Virus record (IMG/VR): IMGVR_UViG_3300025885_000003
Length of the DNA stretch: 64,000 nucleotides
Reading direction: 5' to 3' (one strand)
Source: an uncultured virus (IMG/VR IMGVR_UViG_3300025885_000003)
Taxonomy: Duplodnaviria > Heunggongvirae > Uroviricota > Caudoviricetes
Part shown: piece by piece, positions 1 through 9,100 of the stretch
Layout of the letters: each line of letters starts with the position of its first letter
How positions within the stretch are numbered: position 1 is the first letter of the stretch
Made by a program: the position numbers and the translations under genes
Notes under the pieces: model-generated
The model's database searches: none
Told to the model about the DNA's origin: nothing
The model's input: only the letters and a program-made list of their open reading frames with translations

Positions 1-358
1 CACAAAGAAGTTGAATGTCTAGCGGCTGGTTATTCAGTAGATGACGAATAAATGCGGGACCCATGCCTGTTTTCTTACGATCATGCTTCCCATCATCATT
101 GACATGGTCGAATTGGAGGAAATCGTACTCCATCTCACCACAACAAGTGCATTTTCCACCGTAGAGATCAACTGCTTGATGTCTAAGTCTGTGGTATCGT
201 GAAAGAGTACTTTCTACTTGTCGTCTCTTCGCTGCTGGAGTATGTTCATCTCCGTGCGTTGCGTACCGTTTCCGGAAATACTCACGTTGCTCTTCTTTGT
301 GTTCCGTTCGATAGCGTTTGTTATACGCAGCAGCGTCGGCCTTATTCTTGTGTGCCAT
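1..358 (-). CDS. HNH homing endonuclease, partial (runs off window start)
   Basis: Not in ORF track. ATG at 358 overlaps the adaptor stop (TAATG). Translates MAHKNKADAAAY...YGGKCTCCGEMEYDFLQFDHVNDDGKHDRKKTG...DIQLLC, a paralog of 13499..13867. Confidence 0.8.
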   Translation of the reverse strand, partial: MAHKNKADAAAYNKRYRTEHKEEQREYFRKRYATHGDEHTPAAKRRQVESTLSRYHRLRHQAVDLYGGKCTCCGEMEYDFLQFDHVNDDGKHDRKKTGMGPAFIRHLLNNQPLDIQLLC

Positions 359-1326
359 TACCCCATTTCCCCGTAATACAGACTAAAGCTCGAATTCGAC
401 CACAAGGGCCTCGGCAGCAAGCCGCCTTCCATCTGAGAAATCAACCGTGTCTGTTCCTCTTCCTCGCAAACTTCCTCGTCGTCCGTCATGGCCGACTGAA
501 GTGCCGCCTGGGCACTGGCCATCACGGCCGGGAGTCGATCACTCGTGGCGTCCTTCTTCTCCAGGAGCTTCCACTGAGCGTAGTCGAGGAACTTATAGAG
601 ATACCGATCCGGAATGTCCAGCGGGTCCGAATCGTGGTTAAACTTGCGGTAATACTGCATGAACAGCGTATCGTAGTGTGCTCCGACAACTCCCTGTGGA
701 ATGCGGAATACACGCACACGGTACGTACCGTAGTTCTGGGACTCCGCACTCACGGGATTGTACACCGTGTAAGCAACCGGAAGACCCTGGATCGTGTGAT
801 CGATGATCTTCGTGTTCCAGTACCGGTACTGAATATAGTCGAGCGGAAGTCGCTTCTCCGTCATGCGAGCGTGATATGGAGCAAGGAAGTCTGGATACAG
901 GTTGTACTCCTGCTGTCCAGCATTCATCGGAATGTTACCTGCCACCGTAAGCGTGATCGTTGTTGAACTAGTCGGCGCGAGCGAGAGCGTAATTGACGCG
1001 ATGGTACCATCCGTAGCCCGAGTGATCGTCGCTACCGTCGTGCCAGCCTGGATATTCGATCCCGAGACAGCGACGCCGATGTTCAGTCCGTCGAAAGCCC
1101 CCGACGAGGGAGCGGAGACTGAGACGTTACCACTTACAGTCACGACACTGGCAATAGTAAAACCATTGTCTGTATCTTTAAGCATGTAAAACCAATTCTT
1201 GGCGGCTTGCCAGTCTTCGAATGAACGATGAATCGCCTCATCTGCCATACTCAAGATTGAGCTAGCATTAGCACCGCCGACGGCTCTTGCAATATAGATG
1301 CGGGCATTTGCTCTTGTCATGCTCAA
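358..1326 (-). CDS. Head-tail adaptor / tail tubular protein A-like, with inserted Ser/Thr-rich beta module
   Basis: Helical N-terminus (…AKNWFYML), EYNLYPDF…, G.PVAY, IPDRY..FLDYA pattern typical of podovirus adaptors; lies downstream of the capsid cluster. Confidence 0.6.
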   Translation of the reverse strand: MSMTRANARIYIARAVGGANASSILSMADEAIHRSFEDWQAAKNWFYMLKDTDNGFTIASVVTVSGNVSVSAPSSGAFDGLNIGVAVSGSNIQAGTTVATITRATDGTIASITLSLAPTSSTTITLTVAGNIPMNAGQQEYNLYPDFLAPYHARMTEKRLPLDYIQYRYWNTKIIDHTIQGLPVAYTVYNPVSAESQNYGTYRVRVFRIPQGVVGAHYDTLFMQYYRKFNHDSDPLDIPDRYLYKFLDYAQWKLLEKKDATSDRLPAVMASAQAALQSAMTDDEEVCEEEEQTRLISQMEGGLLPRPLWSNSSFSLYYGEMG

Positions 1327-1658
1327 GGTAGTTCTCCTCGCAGATACGCTGCGCCATTATCAAGCAACTCAGGAGAGTCTTTAAGCACCCCGAGTGCTGA
1401 ATTACATCCCTTATGCAGCAGGCCGCGTACTTCACCAGTCGTATGGTCATGATCTACGACAAGAGTATCATCTTCCAGTTTCAGGCGACAAACAGGGCAG
1501 AGACCATCCTGTACTATATCTTGGATCATTCTGAGATCATCAAGAGTCATTCCATACCGCTCAGCTTGCCATCTCGCACGATGTTTCCTGTATAAAGCTC
1601 GTCCTCGGGCACGGAACAGTTCTGGGTTCTTCCAATAGTAATTCTTTTTGGTCGTCAT
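1323..1658 (-). CDS. Endonuclease VII-like HNH homing endonuclease
   Basis: RYGMT, QDGLCPVC, VDHDHTTGEVRGLLHKGCNSALG. Start reassigned to MTTKK at 1658, which has a GGAG SD. Confidence 0.85.
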   Translation of the reverse strand: MTTKKNYYWKNPELFRARGRALYRKHRARWQAERYGMTLDDLRMIQDIVQDGLCPVCRLKLEDDTLVVDHDHTTGEVRGLLHKGCNSALGVLKDSPELLDNGAAYLRGELP

Positions 1659-1666
1659 GTCCGCTC

Positions 1667-2941
1667 CTAAACTAGCGACTTGAGTCGCTTCAGGTTCGTA
1701 GAACCTGGACGGATAATCTGGTTGCCCTTTGTGCGGGCGCGACAGTCCTGATAGAATTCGAAGAGAGCAGGGATCGTGACCTGGGGCGTGCGATTCGCAA
1801 GCACCCATTCACGGGCCTTCGCGCCTAGGGTCTTGCGCAATGTCGCATCCTCAATGAGCCGACCCAACTTGAAAGCAAAGTCCGCAGGTGACGTATACGT
1901 GAGACCGTTGACACCGTCGATGATCTCACGATAGGGGCCAACCCTCGCGGCGAGGGTAGCTTCCGGCTTGCTCCACACGGAGCCTTCGTAGAACTTGATG
2001 GCCGACTTGCCCCAGTTGAAGGCGTTATCTGCCAGTGGGCACAGGTTGATGTCAGCGCGGAGTAGACCACGCTTGATCTTGAATGCTTCGTACGGAGTCC
2101 AGCCGTGGAACTCAAGCTGTGCCTCCGGAATGATGTCCGTAATCCAGTCGAACTTCTCGCCCCAGATGACCATCTTAGCCTGGGGGTACTTCTGCACGGT
2201 TTCCCTGATCGCTTCGCGCAGGGGATACCAATCAATGTAGTGCGACATACCGCCCTGCCAGAGGATGCGAACTTCGCCCTCGGGGGCTGGCTGGAGGGGG
2301 AATTCCTCGTAGTCTTCGGGCACTACAGTGTTCGGGAATACGTAGACGTTCGGCTGCTTGATCACATCTCTGAAGTAGGACGCGAGGCTGGGGCTAGGGA
2401 CCGTAACGCCAGTCGCGGCCCGGATAACTTCCCAGCGAGTTTTCATGGTCTGAAGATTACGTGGGATATCGAATGGGGCCTGACCGGCTAGGGCCGTAGA
2501 GGCACCGTCTTCCCAGAGCGTGACACGCTCACCTTTCGCTGTCTCGTACTCAAGAGTCTCGCCCGGCTCAAGGAATTCGCCGGACGGATAGTGCCGCACG
2601 CCGTTGACCGAGAAGGTCTGGTTGAAGGGATGGACGTAATCGGGATTATCATCACAGTCCCAGATCGTGGTCGGGGGATAATGTAGTTCACCGTCAGGTC
2701 GCTTCGCAGCTTTCATCTCGCCGAGAGTTGTGATCTGGTGGAGAGTGTCCGCGCCAGCAACACCATAGTAGAGATCGATGTCGGCCGAGAACATAGCCAT
2801 GTAATCGTTCTGACCACCAGTGCCACGGTCATCGTAACACTTCATGTAGCCGAGCTTACCCATCCAAGTGAGGGGAATCTGAATCCGATAGTAATGACAG
2901 GCTCCCCGGTTCGCGATGCGATTGTTTGCCCAGAGATACAT
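1667..2941 (-). CDS. Glycosyltransferase, GT4/GT-B-like
   Basis: GACHYYRI..P, WDCDD, VTVPSPSLA, ILWQGGMSH, DINLCPLADNAFNWGKSAIKFYEG, GPYREIIDGVNG. Confidence 0.85.
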   Translation of the reverse strand: MYLWANNRIANRGACHYYRIQIPLTWMGKLGYMKCYDDRGTGGQNDYMAMFSADIDLYYGVAGADTLHQITTLGEMKAAKRPDGELHYPPTTIWDCDDNPDYVHPFNQTFSVNGVRHYPSGEFLEPGETLEYETAKGERVTLWEDGASTALAGQAPFDIPRNLQTMKTRWEVIRAATGVTVPSPSLASYFRDVIKQPNVYVFPNTVVPEDYEEFPLQPAPEGEVRILWQGGMSHYIDWYPLREAIRETVQKYPQAKMVIWGEKFDWITDIIPEAQLEFHGWTPYEAFKIKRGLLRADINLCPLADNAFNWGKSAIKFYEGSVWSKPEATLAARVGPYREIIDGVNGLTYTSPADFAFKLGRLIEDATLRKTLGAKAREWVLANRTPQVTIPALFEFYQDCRARTKGNQIIRPGSTNLKRLKSLV

Positions 2942-2943
2942 AT

Positions 2944-3279
2944 CTAATCTTTCTCCAGATACTCGGCGGCTTTTCGTAGCAATTCGGGTGAGTCCTGGAG
3001 ATGCCCGATAGCTAAATTACACGATTCACAGAGAAGACCACGTACCTTCCCCGTTTTATGATTATGATCAACGGAGAGATGTTTCCGCTCGGGCCGTTCG
3101 CCACAGACAGCACAACGACCGTCTTGGTCCTGTTCCATTTGATCTAGATCAGCAAGCGTTATCCCGTACTTGTGTCTAAGATGGTAATCTCGATTCCCAT
3201 CTCCTCGTCGCGCTTCCCGGATGCGATCTCGATTCTTTGCTCGCCACATGCGTTGGTAAGCTATACGATTACGTGCCAT
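2944..3279 (-). CDS. Endonuclease VII-like HNH homing endonuclease
   Basis: KYGITL, QDGRCAVC, LSVDHNHKTGKVRGLLCESCNLAIG. Confidence 0.88.
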   Translation of the reverse strand: MARNRIAYQRMWRAKNRDRIREARRGDGNRDYHLRHKYGITLADLDQMEQDQDGRCAVCGERPERKHLSVDHNHKTGKVRGLLCESCNLAIGHLQDSPELLRKAAEYLEKD

Positions 3280-3289
3280 CGCGGCCTTT

Positions 3290-3718
3290 CTAGACGATGA
3301 TCTTGCCTCGGGTATCCCACTTCTTGAGTGGCCCAGCAAGGAGTGCGTAAAAGAAATCCTTGTTCAACTTGACTACGCCATCCGTTGTGTCAGTCATATA
3401 CAGAAGTCCGTCATCCATCGGCTCGCCCGTGACAGGATCAATTCGAGCGAAAGTATCGAGAATGACCTTCCAGATCGCTGGGTCTACGTTGTTCGCGACC
3501 AACTGGAACTGGCGGGTCGGATCAAAACCGCCCGCCTTCGTAAACTTCGTCAGCTTATCCATTGACTGAACGATGTCTTGTCGCTCACGTACGCCAGCCA
3601 TCTTCTTTCGCATGTCTGGCGACCGCAATTCGAGATCGTCACTCAGTAGCGCCGACTCTAGAACGCTGAAGAGGTGCGCGTTGCTACGGCGGATTCGATT
3701 GATCTTAACGTCGCTCAC
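3290..3718 (-). CDS. Hypothetical protein (post-capsid, possibly virion-associated)
   Basis: 142-aa ORF with GGAGGT SD in the structural operon. Confidence 0.6.
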   Translation of the reverse strand: MSDVKINRIRRSNAHLFSVLESALLSDDLELRSPDMRKKMAGVRERQDIVQSMDKLTKFTKAGGFDPTRQFQLVANNVDPAIWKVILDTFARIDPVTGEPMDDGLLYMTDTTDGVVKLNKDFFYALLAGPLKKWDTRGKIIV

Positions 3719-3733
3719 GCGACACCTCCCAGG

Positions 3734-3955
3734 TTACTCGTCCAGTGGTGGTTTCTTATTCGCCTTACGTGCCTTACGTACGGCTTCAGTCGCCGACGCA
3801 GCCCCACCGCGTCCCGCAACGTAAGCCTTCTCGGTCTTGTCCATCCCCTTAGCCTTACCGCGAAATCCAAGGGTTTCGTCCATTGCTTCGTCACCCGTCT
3901 TCTCGGCGGGTGCTGAGTAGTTACCTACCCGTGCGATTGGAGACTTGCGAGCCAT
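3734..3955 (-). CDS. Small basic protein (MARKSPI…)
   Basis: 73 aa, coupled to the upstream gene by TAATG. Confidence 0.65.
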   Translation of the reverse strand: MARKSPIARVGNYSAPAEKTGDEAMDETLGFRGKAKGMDKTEKAYVAGRGGAASATEAVRKARKANKKPPLDE

Positions 3956-4203
3956 TACTTCTCCTTGCCCTTCTTGAGGGACTTGAACATCTTGTGCAGC
4001 CGGTCGATGTGTAACTTCGCGGCCTTGGCTTCAGGTTTCTCGGGAACGACTTCGGCTGGCAGGAGCTTGGCTCCGTTACCCCCGAGTCCGCTATGCTCAC
4101 GAGCATGGTCGCCGAGCGTGTAGAGAGCATCGTGCATATCTGACAGCTTTTCCTCATGTGGAGCCCGTTTGACTTCCATCGGGCTCTTGCGCGGGGCGGC
4201 CAT
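3955..4203 (-). CDS. Small basic protein (MAAPRKSPM…)
   Basis: ATG at 4203 just after the upstream stop; 82 aa, Lys-rich. Confidence 0.6.
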   Translation of the reverse strand: MAAPRKSPMEVKRAPHEEKLSDMHDALYTLGDHAREHSGLGGNGAKLLPAEVVPEKPEAKAAKLHIDRLHKMFKSLKKGKEK

Positions 4204-4204
4204 G

Positions 4205-4873
4205 TTACTTACCTGCGCCCGGCATATCCAGAACGGGATTCGAACCAGACTTGGCCTCGACGTGGGTCTTGTCAACCCTCGGGCCGCCCTGACCAACGTA
4301 ACCCGGAGCCGCCTGATCGGTGCCCGGAGACTGATAGCCCTGCATGTAGCCAGGGTCGTTCTGCGACAGGCGCGAGGAGCCCTCGCTGCCCGGCTTCTGA
4401 ATCTGATCGTGCGACGGCGAGGGGACAGCGTCGCTGCACCCATCAACGTTGCGGTCCACACCCTCAGCAGAACCTTCCTGCCCAGGCTTGTGGAAAATGT
4501 CGTGAGATGGCTTCATGTTCATGCGTTTCTCCTTCTTCCGTTTCCGCGTGCGGATACGGTGACAGTTAGAACAGACCAGTTCACACTTAGCGATCTCAGT
4601 CTGCATTTCTTCTTCTGTACGTTTCAGGACACCTCTACTTATCCGGAAAAGTTTCTCTCCACGCACATGATCAAAGTCCATGCACTCAGGTGGAAAGACA
4701 CCTCCACAGTCCATACAGGGTCGCTTCTTCAGTTCGTCAATCGGAATGAGGGCCCTTACATACCGCCGCTGCTCACTTTCCCGGGCTTGTTGATTTAATT
4801 TCTCTCTGTGTTTTGCCCGATAGGCACGGTAGTATGCAGCAGAATTACCCATGATTGCGTAGGTCTTTCCCAT
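4205..4873 (-). CDS. HNH endonuclease fused in frame to a low-complexity small protein (internal start at 4522)
   Basis: PCMDCGGVFPPECMDFDHVRGEK…KCELVCSNCHRIRT, then AAGGAG plus ATG (MNMKPSH…) with no intervening stop. Confidence 0.75.
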   Translation of the reverse strand: MGKTYAIMGNSAAYYRAYRAKHREKLNQQARESEQRRYVRALIPIDELKKRPCMDCGGVFPPECMDFDHVRGEKLFRISRGVLKRTEEEMQTEIAKCELVCSNCHRIRTRKRKKEKRMNMKPSHDIFHKPGQEGSAEGVDRNVDGCSDAVPSPSHDQIQKPGSEGSSRLSQNDPGYMQGYQSPGTDQAAPGYVGQGGPRVDKTHVEAKSGSNPVLDMPGAGK

Positions 4874-5180
4874 TAGCGAATTGACCCATCAGATCGACCG
4901 GATAGTCGGGCTGATCGCCGAGTGACTTGCTGTTGTCGCCGTCGCGCAATGCGCCGACGTTCTTCGCGCCCCCGAGGGTGTCAGCCAGGAGAGCCTCACC
5001 TTCGAGAGTCTCGGCTGGAAACCCCGCGTTCTCAGCGATACCGCGAATTGCGGGCTCCAACTGAGGAATCATGGGACGCCGGAGGTTATCGGGAGCATTC
5101 TCGTCCGATACCTGCGGAGTGACACCACCGCCCGGTTGATCGGGGCGCTTGGTGGGGAAGCCGTAATCTTGTCGAGCCAT
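4845..5180 (-). CDS. Small hypothetical protein (MARQDYGF…)
   Basis: GGAG SD plus ATG at 5180; 111 aa. Confidence 0.6.
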   Translation of the reverse strand: MARQDYGFPTKRPDQPGGGVTPQVSDENAPDNLRRPMIPQLEPAIRGIAENAGFPAETLEGEALLADTLGGAKNVGALRDGDNSKSLGDQPDYPVDLMGQFANGKDLRNHG

Positions 5181-5550
5181 TTGCTCTCCGATGGCGGAAA
5201 TCGCGAACAGATTCGCGAAGTGCCTTGATGAATTGCCGTTTCTTTGTCGGCCCAAGATAAGGCCAAAGATGGCGCATTACTTGTAGTGCGTCGCTACTAG
5301 ACCCAATTTGCCAACGGTATTGATCAAGCGTACCAGTAGAAGGTTTGATCGGAGCCGCGACCCAACCGAGTTGACCGACAGCATTCCGAAATCGGTTAAG
5401 ATGGAAGGGAGCTTCAGGTCCACACTGAGTGACAACAAGGAAAAGTTGTGTGCGAGCGACTCGGCCACGGTAAGCCTTACGATGTGAAACACTTGTACAA
5501 CCTTCTCCATCGAAGAAACCTGCGGCCCATGCTCTTTCTGTTACGCTCAT
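5086..5550 (-). CDS. Free-standing LAGLIDADG homing endonuclease
   Basis: AWAAGFFDGEG motif, VTQ, YRWQI, LWPYL..KK.Q. Confidence 0.88.
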   Translation of the reverse strand: MSVTERAWAAGFFDGEGCTSVSHRKAYRGRVARTQLFLVVTQCGPEAPFHLNRFRNAVGQLGWVAAPIKPSTGTLDQYRWQIGSSSDALQVMRHLWPYLGPTKKRQFIKALRESVRDFRHRRANGSTRLRLPHQAPRSTGRWCHSAGIGRECSR

Positions 5551-5573
5551 AGACTAGCCTCCATGAGAATCTG

Positions 5574-5607
5574 AGAAGGAGTGGGTGGGCTAGCACCCAC
5601 CCCTTCC
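5574..5607 (-). terminator. Strong hairpin downstream of the major capsid gene (terminator or stabiliser)
   Basis: GAAGGGGTGGGTG-ctagcc-CACCCACTCCTTC; U-tract is weak. A second hairpin CTTACGAG/CTCGTAAG lies at about 5616-5634. Confidence 0.5.
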
Positions 5608-5652
5608 AGATGTGTCTTACGAGAAACTCGTAAGTTGAAGCAGCACAACAGT

Positions 5653-7241
5653 TTACGTGACCGCGCTCTTGTTATTGACCGCGAGCAGTCTACCATTGGC
5701 CTTCTCATTCAGCACTTCCAGCGTCACTTCGCCCACAACGACACCGGCAACCGAGTCACCCCGGCGACCAATGAGGTTATGCTGCATAGGACGCAGCCAT
5801 GCCAAACGATTGATGCTCCGCTGCAAGAAGAACATCTGACCACCCGTATTGGTGGCAGAAGCAGTTGCAGTCGAGGTATTGCTGGACTCGGGAACCCAAC
5901 GGTCGAGCACGATCTGGATCAGACCGAAGTCCGAGTCGTAGAAGTCGATACCCGAGATGAGCCGCTTGTCCACAGAAGCGATGTTCCGATTCTGTTGCGG
6001 TAGCGTGAACGCGCTGACCTGACGCTTGACCTTCGGCGACACGTACACCTGCTCAGGATTACCGCCCGAGCTATAGATGGTGTTGAGCATGTCGTTGAAG
6101 TCCTGCGAAGACAGGACACCGTCGTTGCTAGCCCCGCCACCAGTGACATACGCCGTATTGGTGGTGATGAAGGACTGGAAGCCACGCAGAACGCGAGCCG
6201 TGCCAGAAGCGCCGGTCGCGGTCGTCAGAGCACCGAACACGATTCGTTCGAGCTTGATGGCGAGCCGCTTGACAGCCTTCTGAATCTGGTAGGCATAGAC
6301 ATCCTTGAAGCCCGCAGCCGCGATGGCCCGCTGGGTCTCGGAGACGCCGATGTCCTGACGCAGAATCATGGTCACGTTGAACACGCGGTCAGGGACGGTC
6401 GTACCGTCCAGAGACCAGTCGGCACCTTCCACAGCGCCCGAGGTACCGATACCGGTATCGTCGAGGCCAGTGAAGAGGGTGTCCGTGAGCCACTGGTGGT
6501 AAACGTGCTGACAAGGAACCTTCGGAGCCTGACTCGTCCAGGGCGTATCCCCTGCTACTTACGTAGTTGGACTGTATCATCACCTCGGTTCAATCGTTGA
6601 ATCTTCTCTATGATCCGCAGCCGCCGTTCCCTGGCACTCTGCCGTCTGGTTAATGTCCGATAGACAAGAGCCAGTCTGGCTTGCTGCTGCTTCACTTTTA
6701 AGAAGGGGACGATCAATTTCAGGAACCAATCGGTTGTTTCACCGGTTGGATGCCATTCATAACAGGTCCGATTACCGGGCCTGGATCGTTCCTGAGTCCA
6801 TCCTCCGAAGGTTTCTTCAAACCAGCGGATAAGTGTCCGATTGGTATTCGTCACTCCGATTCGGAGTTCCGGATATTTTTCGTGGCTATGGACTGTTCCA
6901 CCGACATGGCCTTCGCCGTCGAAGATACCAGCAGCATAAGCGATGTCTGTTCGATTGATTTTACGAGGGAGTAGCGTGCTAGTCTCTGAGGATGACATAA
7001 TGTCCTTTCCTGCGGGTTGCCCGCTGCGGTCGATTTTCACTGGCCACTGGCCGAGTACGAACGCTCTAGGGTGTTCTCGCATATAGCTACTTGTTCATTA
7101 GCGGATCGCTCCGCTATGCCCCAGGATTATCTAGGGGGATACGTTGGTGATCTGGTCGAGCAAGTCTTCCTTGTTGACGCCTACACCGGGGCTCACACCG
7201 AAAAGATATGCACCAAAGTCGAATGTGCTCGAACCGGGCAT
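5653..7241 (-). CDS. Major capsid protein (SU10/DUF5309-like), two exons 7241-7133 and 6551-5653, 335 aa spliced
   Basis: Exon 1 MPGSSTF…NKEDLLDQITNVSP plus exon 2 (W)DTPWTSQ…HQWLTDTL…EG.D…YDSDFG…IVLDRW…GEVTLEVLNEKA. The joined length of 1008 nt is in frame; the gene follows the scaffold. Confidence 0.88.
6552..7132 (-). mobile_element. Group I intron (581 nt) in the major capsid gene
   Basis: 5' exon ends in U. P1 is CCCU^AG/CUGGGG with a U.G pair. P3 is GUAGC/GCUAC. P7 elements CAGAGACUA (6988-6980) and GAUACAGUCC (6578-6569). Terminal G at 6552. P10 is AUCCU/GGGAU. Splicing removes an in-frame TAG. Confidence 0.9.
6555..6998 (-). CDS. Intron-encoded LAGLIDADG homing endonuclease
   Basis: AYAAGIFDGEG, VTNTN, FGG, YEW, PFLKVKQQQA; lies mostly between the P7 halves; SD AGGA. 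Confidence 0.88.
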   Translation of the reverse strand: MSSSETSTLLPRKINRTDIAYAAGIFDGEGHVGGTVHSHEKYPELRIGVTNTNRTLIRWFEETFGGWTQERSRPGNRTCYEWHPTGETTDWFLKLIVPFLKVKQQQARLALVYRTLTRRQSARERRLRIIEKIQRLNRGDDTVQLRK

Positions 7242-7277
7242 GGTGTGTTACTCCTTGATGTGGTGGTGGTTCTTCGG

Positions 7278-8450
7278 TTAGCTACCGAAGATTGGGTGAT
7301 TGAGAATGTCCTTGAAAACGAGACTACGCCACTTCTCGCCGTGTCCCTGGCGCATGAGGTCCGCAGCAGAGTCGTATTCGCCCTGTGTCGGACCGACGTT
7401 AGCGTTCTCGTGGACACCATGAACGCCTCCGGCTGTACTTGCGAGGATGCCCGCATCCTTGAGGGCTGCCTCCCGAGCTTCTCGCCGGACTTGATCTGCG
7501 GCCGTCAGTTGAATCTCCTTGACGACATTCTCTGGCGTCGCAGGGGCTGGCACAAAGGGCGCGGGTGCCGGAGCACTCTTGATCCCGTGGACGGACGAGA
7601 ATTCCCGCCACGCGAACACCATCGCCTGTTCATGCAAGTCCTTCTCGATAAGCGCAGAGACCACCTGAGCAATCTCAGGATTGGTCTTAGTGAAGAGCCC
7701 CATCTCGGACGTGAAATTCATGGACTCAGGATACTTCTGAGACATGAACTCATCGACCTTGTCCCAACGCTCCTTGTTGGCCTGGGCAACCGATTCCCTG
7801 GCATCCTGCTCTTCACGCGCAGCCTGACGTGCAGCACTGGTCGTATGCTCGCTGATCGCATCAACCAATTGCACCAGTCTCTCCCCGTCAATATTTCCAT
7901 CTTGCAAGCTGCTGAGCACCTCTGTCAGCTTGGCACTGTACTTCGGAGCGTCCCCTCGCGTGGGGGCTTCCGGAGTAAGCACTTGGGGAGCCGTAACCTG
8001 CGGAGCTACGGGCGTTCGACGGGCCTCTTCCAGGAGCTTCGACAAACGGTCGTTCTCCACGAGAGTGGCTTTCGTCATGTTCATAGCATGACCGACACCC
8101 TTAACAAACTCACCAAGGGAGTTGTACTTACCGAGGTACTTACCATCGGCTCCCTTATACTCCTCCGGGTTAAACCCGAGCAGTTGAGTTGCAATTTCTG
8201 GTGTCAGACTTGCCGGGGCAACCTGAGCCGGAGGCGTAACGAGTGGTTCGTTAGCCGGGGCCGCTGCCGGGGGCTCTCCACCACCAGCACCTTCAGGAGC
8301 GGGTTGTCCGCCTCTGGCCTGCTGGTCGATAAGGAGGTTGTTCGCTTCGGACCATCCAGCATTGCCCATCAACTGCTCGACGGACGCGCCGATAGTATCG
8401 GCAAGCTGGCGGTTCAGTTCCATTTCATTTTCTGGGCGCTTGAACTCCAT
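7278..8450 (-). CDS. Capsid scaffolding protein
   Basis: Pro/Ala/Glu-rich with coiled coils and YLGKY motif; sits between portal and capsid. Confidence 0.65.
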   Translation of the reverse strand: MEFKRPENEMELNRQLADTIGASVEQLMGNAGWSEANNLLIDQQARGGQPAPEGAGGGEPPAAAPANEPLVTPPAQVAPASLTPEIATQLLGFNPEEYKGADGKYLGKYNSLGEFVKGVGHAMNMTKATLVENDRLSKLLEEARRTPVAPQVTAPQVLTPEAPTRGDAPKYSAKLTEVLSSLQDGNIDGERLVQLVDAISEHTTSAARQAAREEQDARESVAQANKERWDKVDEFMSQKYPESMNFTSEMGLFTKTNPEIAQVVSALIEKDLHEQAMVFAWREFSSVHGIKSAPAPAPFVPAPATPENVVKEIQLTAADQVRREAREAALKDAGILASTAGGVHGVHENANVGPTQGEYDSAADLMRQGHGEKWRSLVFKDILNHPIFGS

Positions 8451-8516
8451 TGTGCATCCTTCCGCGTGGGTAGTCCACGCTGCGTCTCGGGGGTCGTCCC
8501 CGTACGCCTAGGGGTG

Positions 8517-8705
8517 TTACTTGCTCCGAGCCTCTTTCCTACGCTGCTCGTCGAGTCCAATCGCGATGGCCTGCTTTCTGCTGGTCACCTTCGGACCTGT
8601 CTTGCTGCCCGAGTGGAGTTCTCCCTCCTTATACTCGTGCATTACTTTCGATACCTTTTCTGATCCACGCACTTTCGCGCGATCAGATGGTGCTTTTCTT
8701 GCCAT
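8517..8705 (-). CDS. Small basic protein, DUF6496-like
   Basis: KVSKVMHEYKEGELHSGSKTGPKVTSRKQAIAIGL motif. Confidence 0.75.
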   Translation of the reverse strand: MARKAPSDRAKVRGSEKVSKVMHEYKEGELHSGSKTGPKVTSRKQAIAIGLDEQRRKEARSK

Positions 8706-8706
8706 G

Positions 8707-9090
8707 TTAGTAATCCTCGGACATCTCCAGGTCTTCGGCGCTGATGTGCTGGCCCGAATGTGAGATGGCTCCACGGTTGCGGAGATCGGCGTACATCTCT
8801 TCTGTCGTGAGTTGTACGGACTTGTTCATCCGCTCCATGTTCGTGTTGTTCTTGAGTCCATCGAGAAACGCGACGAACCCGATGAGTGCTGCGGCCTGTC
8901 CTGCGAGGAAGTCGTCCGGGTATGTCTCCTTACGAGCCGTACTCCGGTCGAGCATCATGGTCTGAACTGAGTGCTGCATCTTTGTCAAATACGGACGGAA
9001 GACGCGAAGATACGATGGACTGTTGACAATGAACTCAAAGTCACCTCGGTCCCGGTCCGTCATCTTGTTTACATCAAACAACTGTTCCAT
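8707..9090 (-). CDS. Small post-portal protein (head assembly, putative)
   Basis: 127-aa helical ORF directly after the portal; …FLAGQAAAL…. Confidence 0.55.
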   Translation of the reverse strand: MEQLFDVNKMTDRDRGDFEFIVNSPSYLRVFRPYLTKMQHSVQTMMLDRSTARKETYPDDFLAGQAAALIGFVAFLDGLKNNTNMERMNKSVQLTTEEMYADLRNRGAISHSGQHISAEDLEMSEDY

Positions 9091-9100
9091 GTGGCCCTTT

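Noticed and set aside
7017..8663. 548-aa plus-strand ORF, and similar long antisense ORFs (199..966, 42004..42966, 53904..54731, 62796..63680)
   Set aside because: These are shadow frames opposite well-supported genes in GC-rich DNA, with no motifs or RBS.
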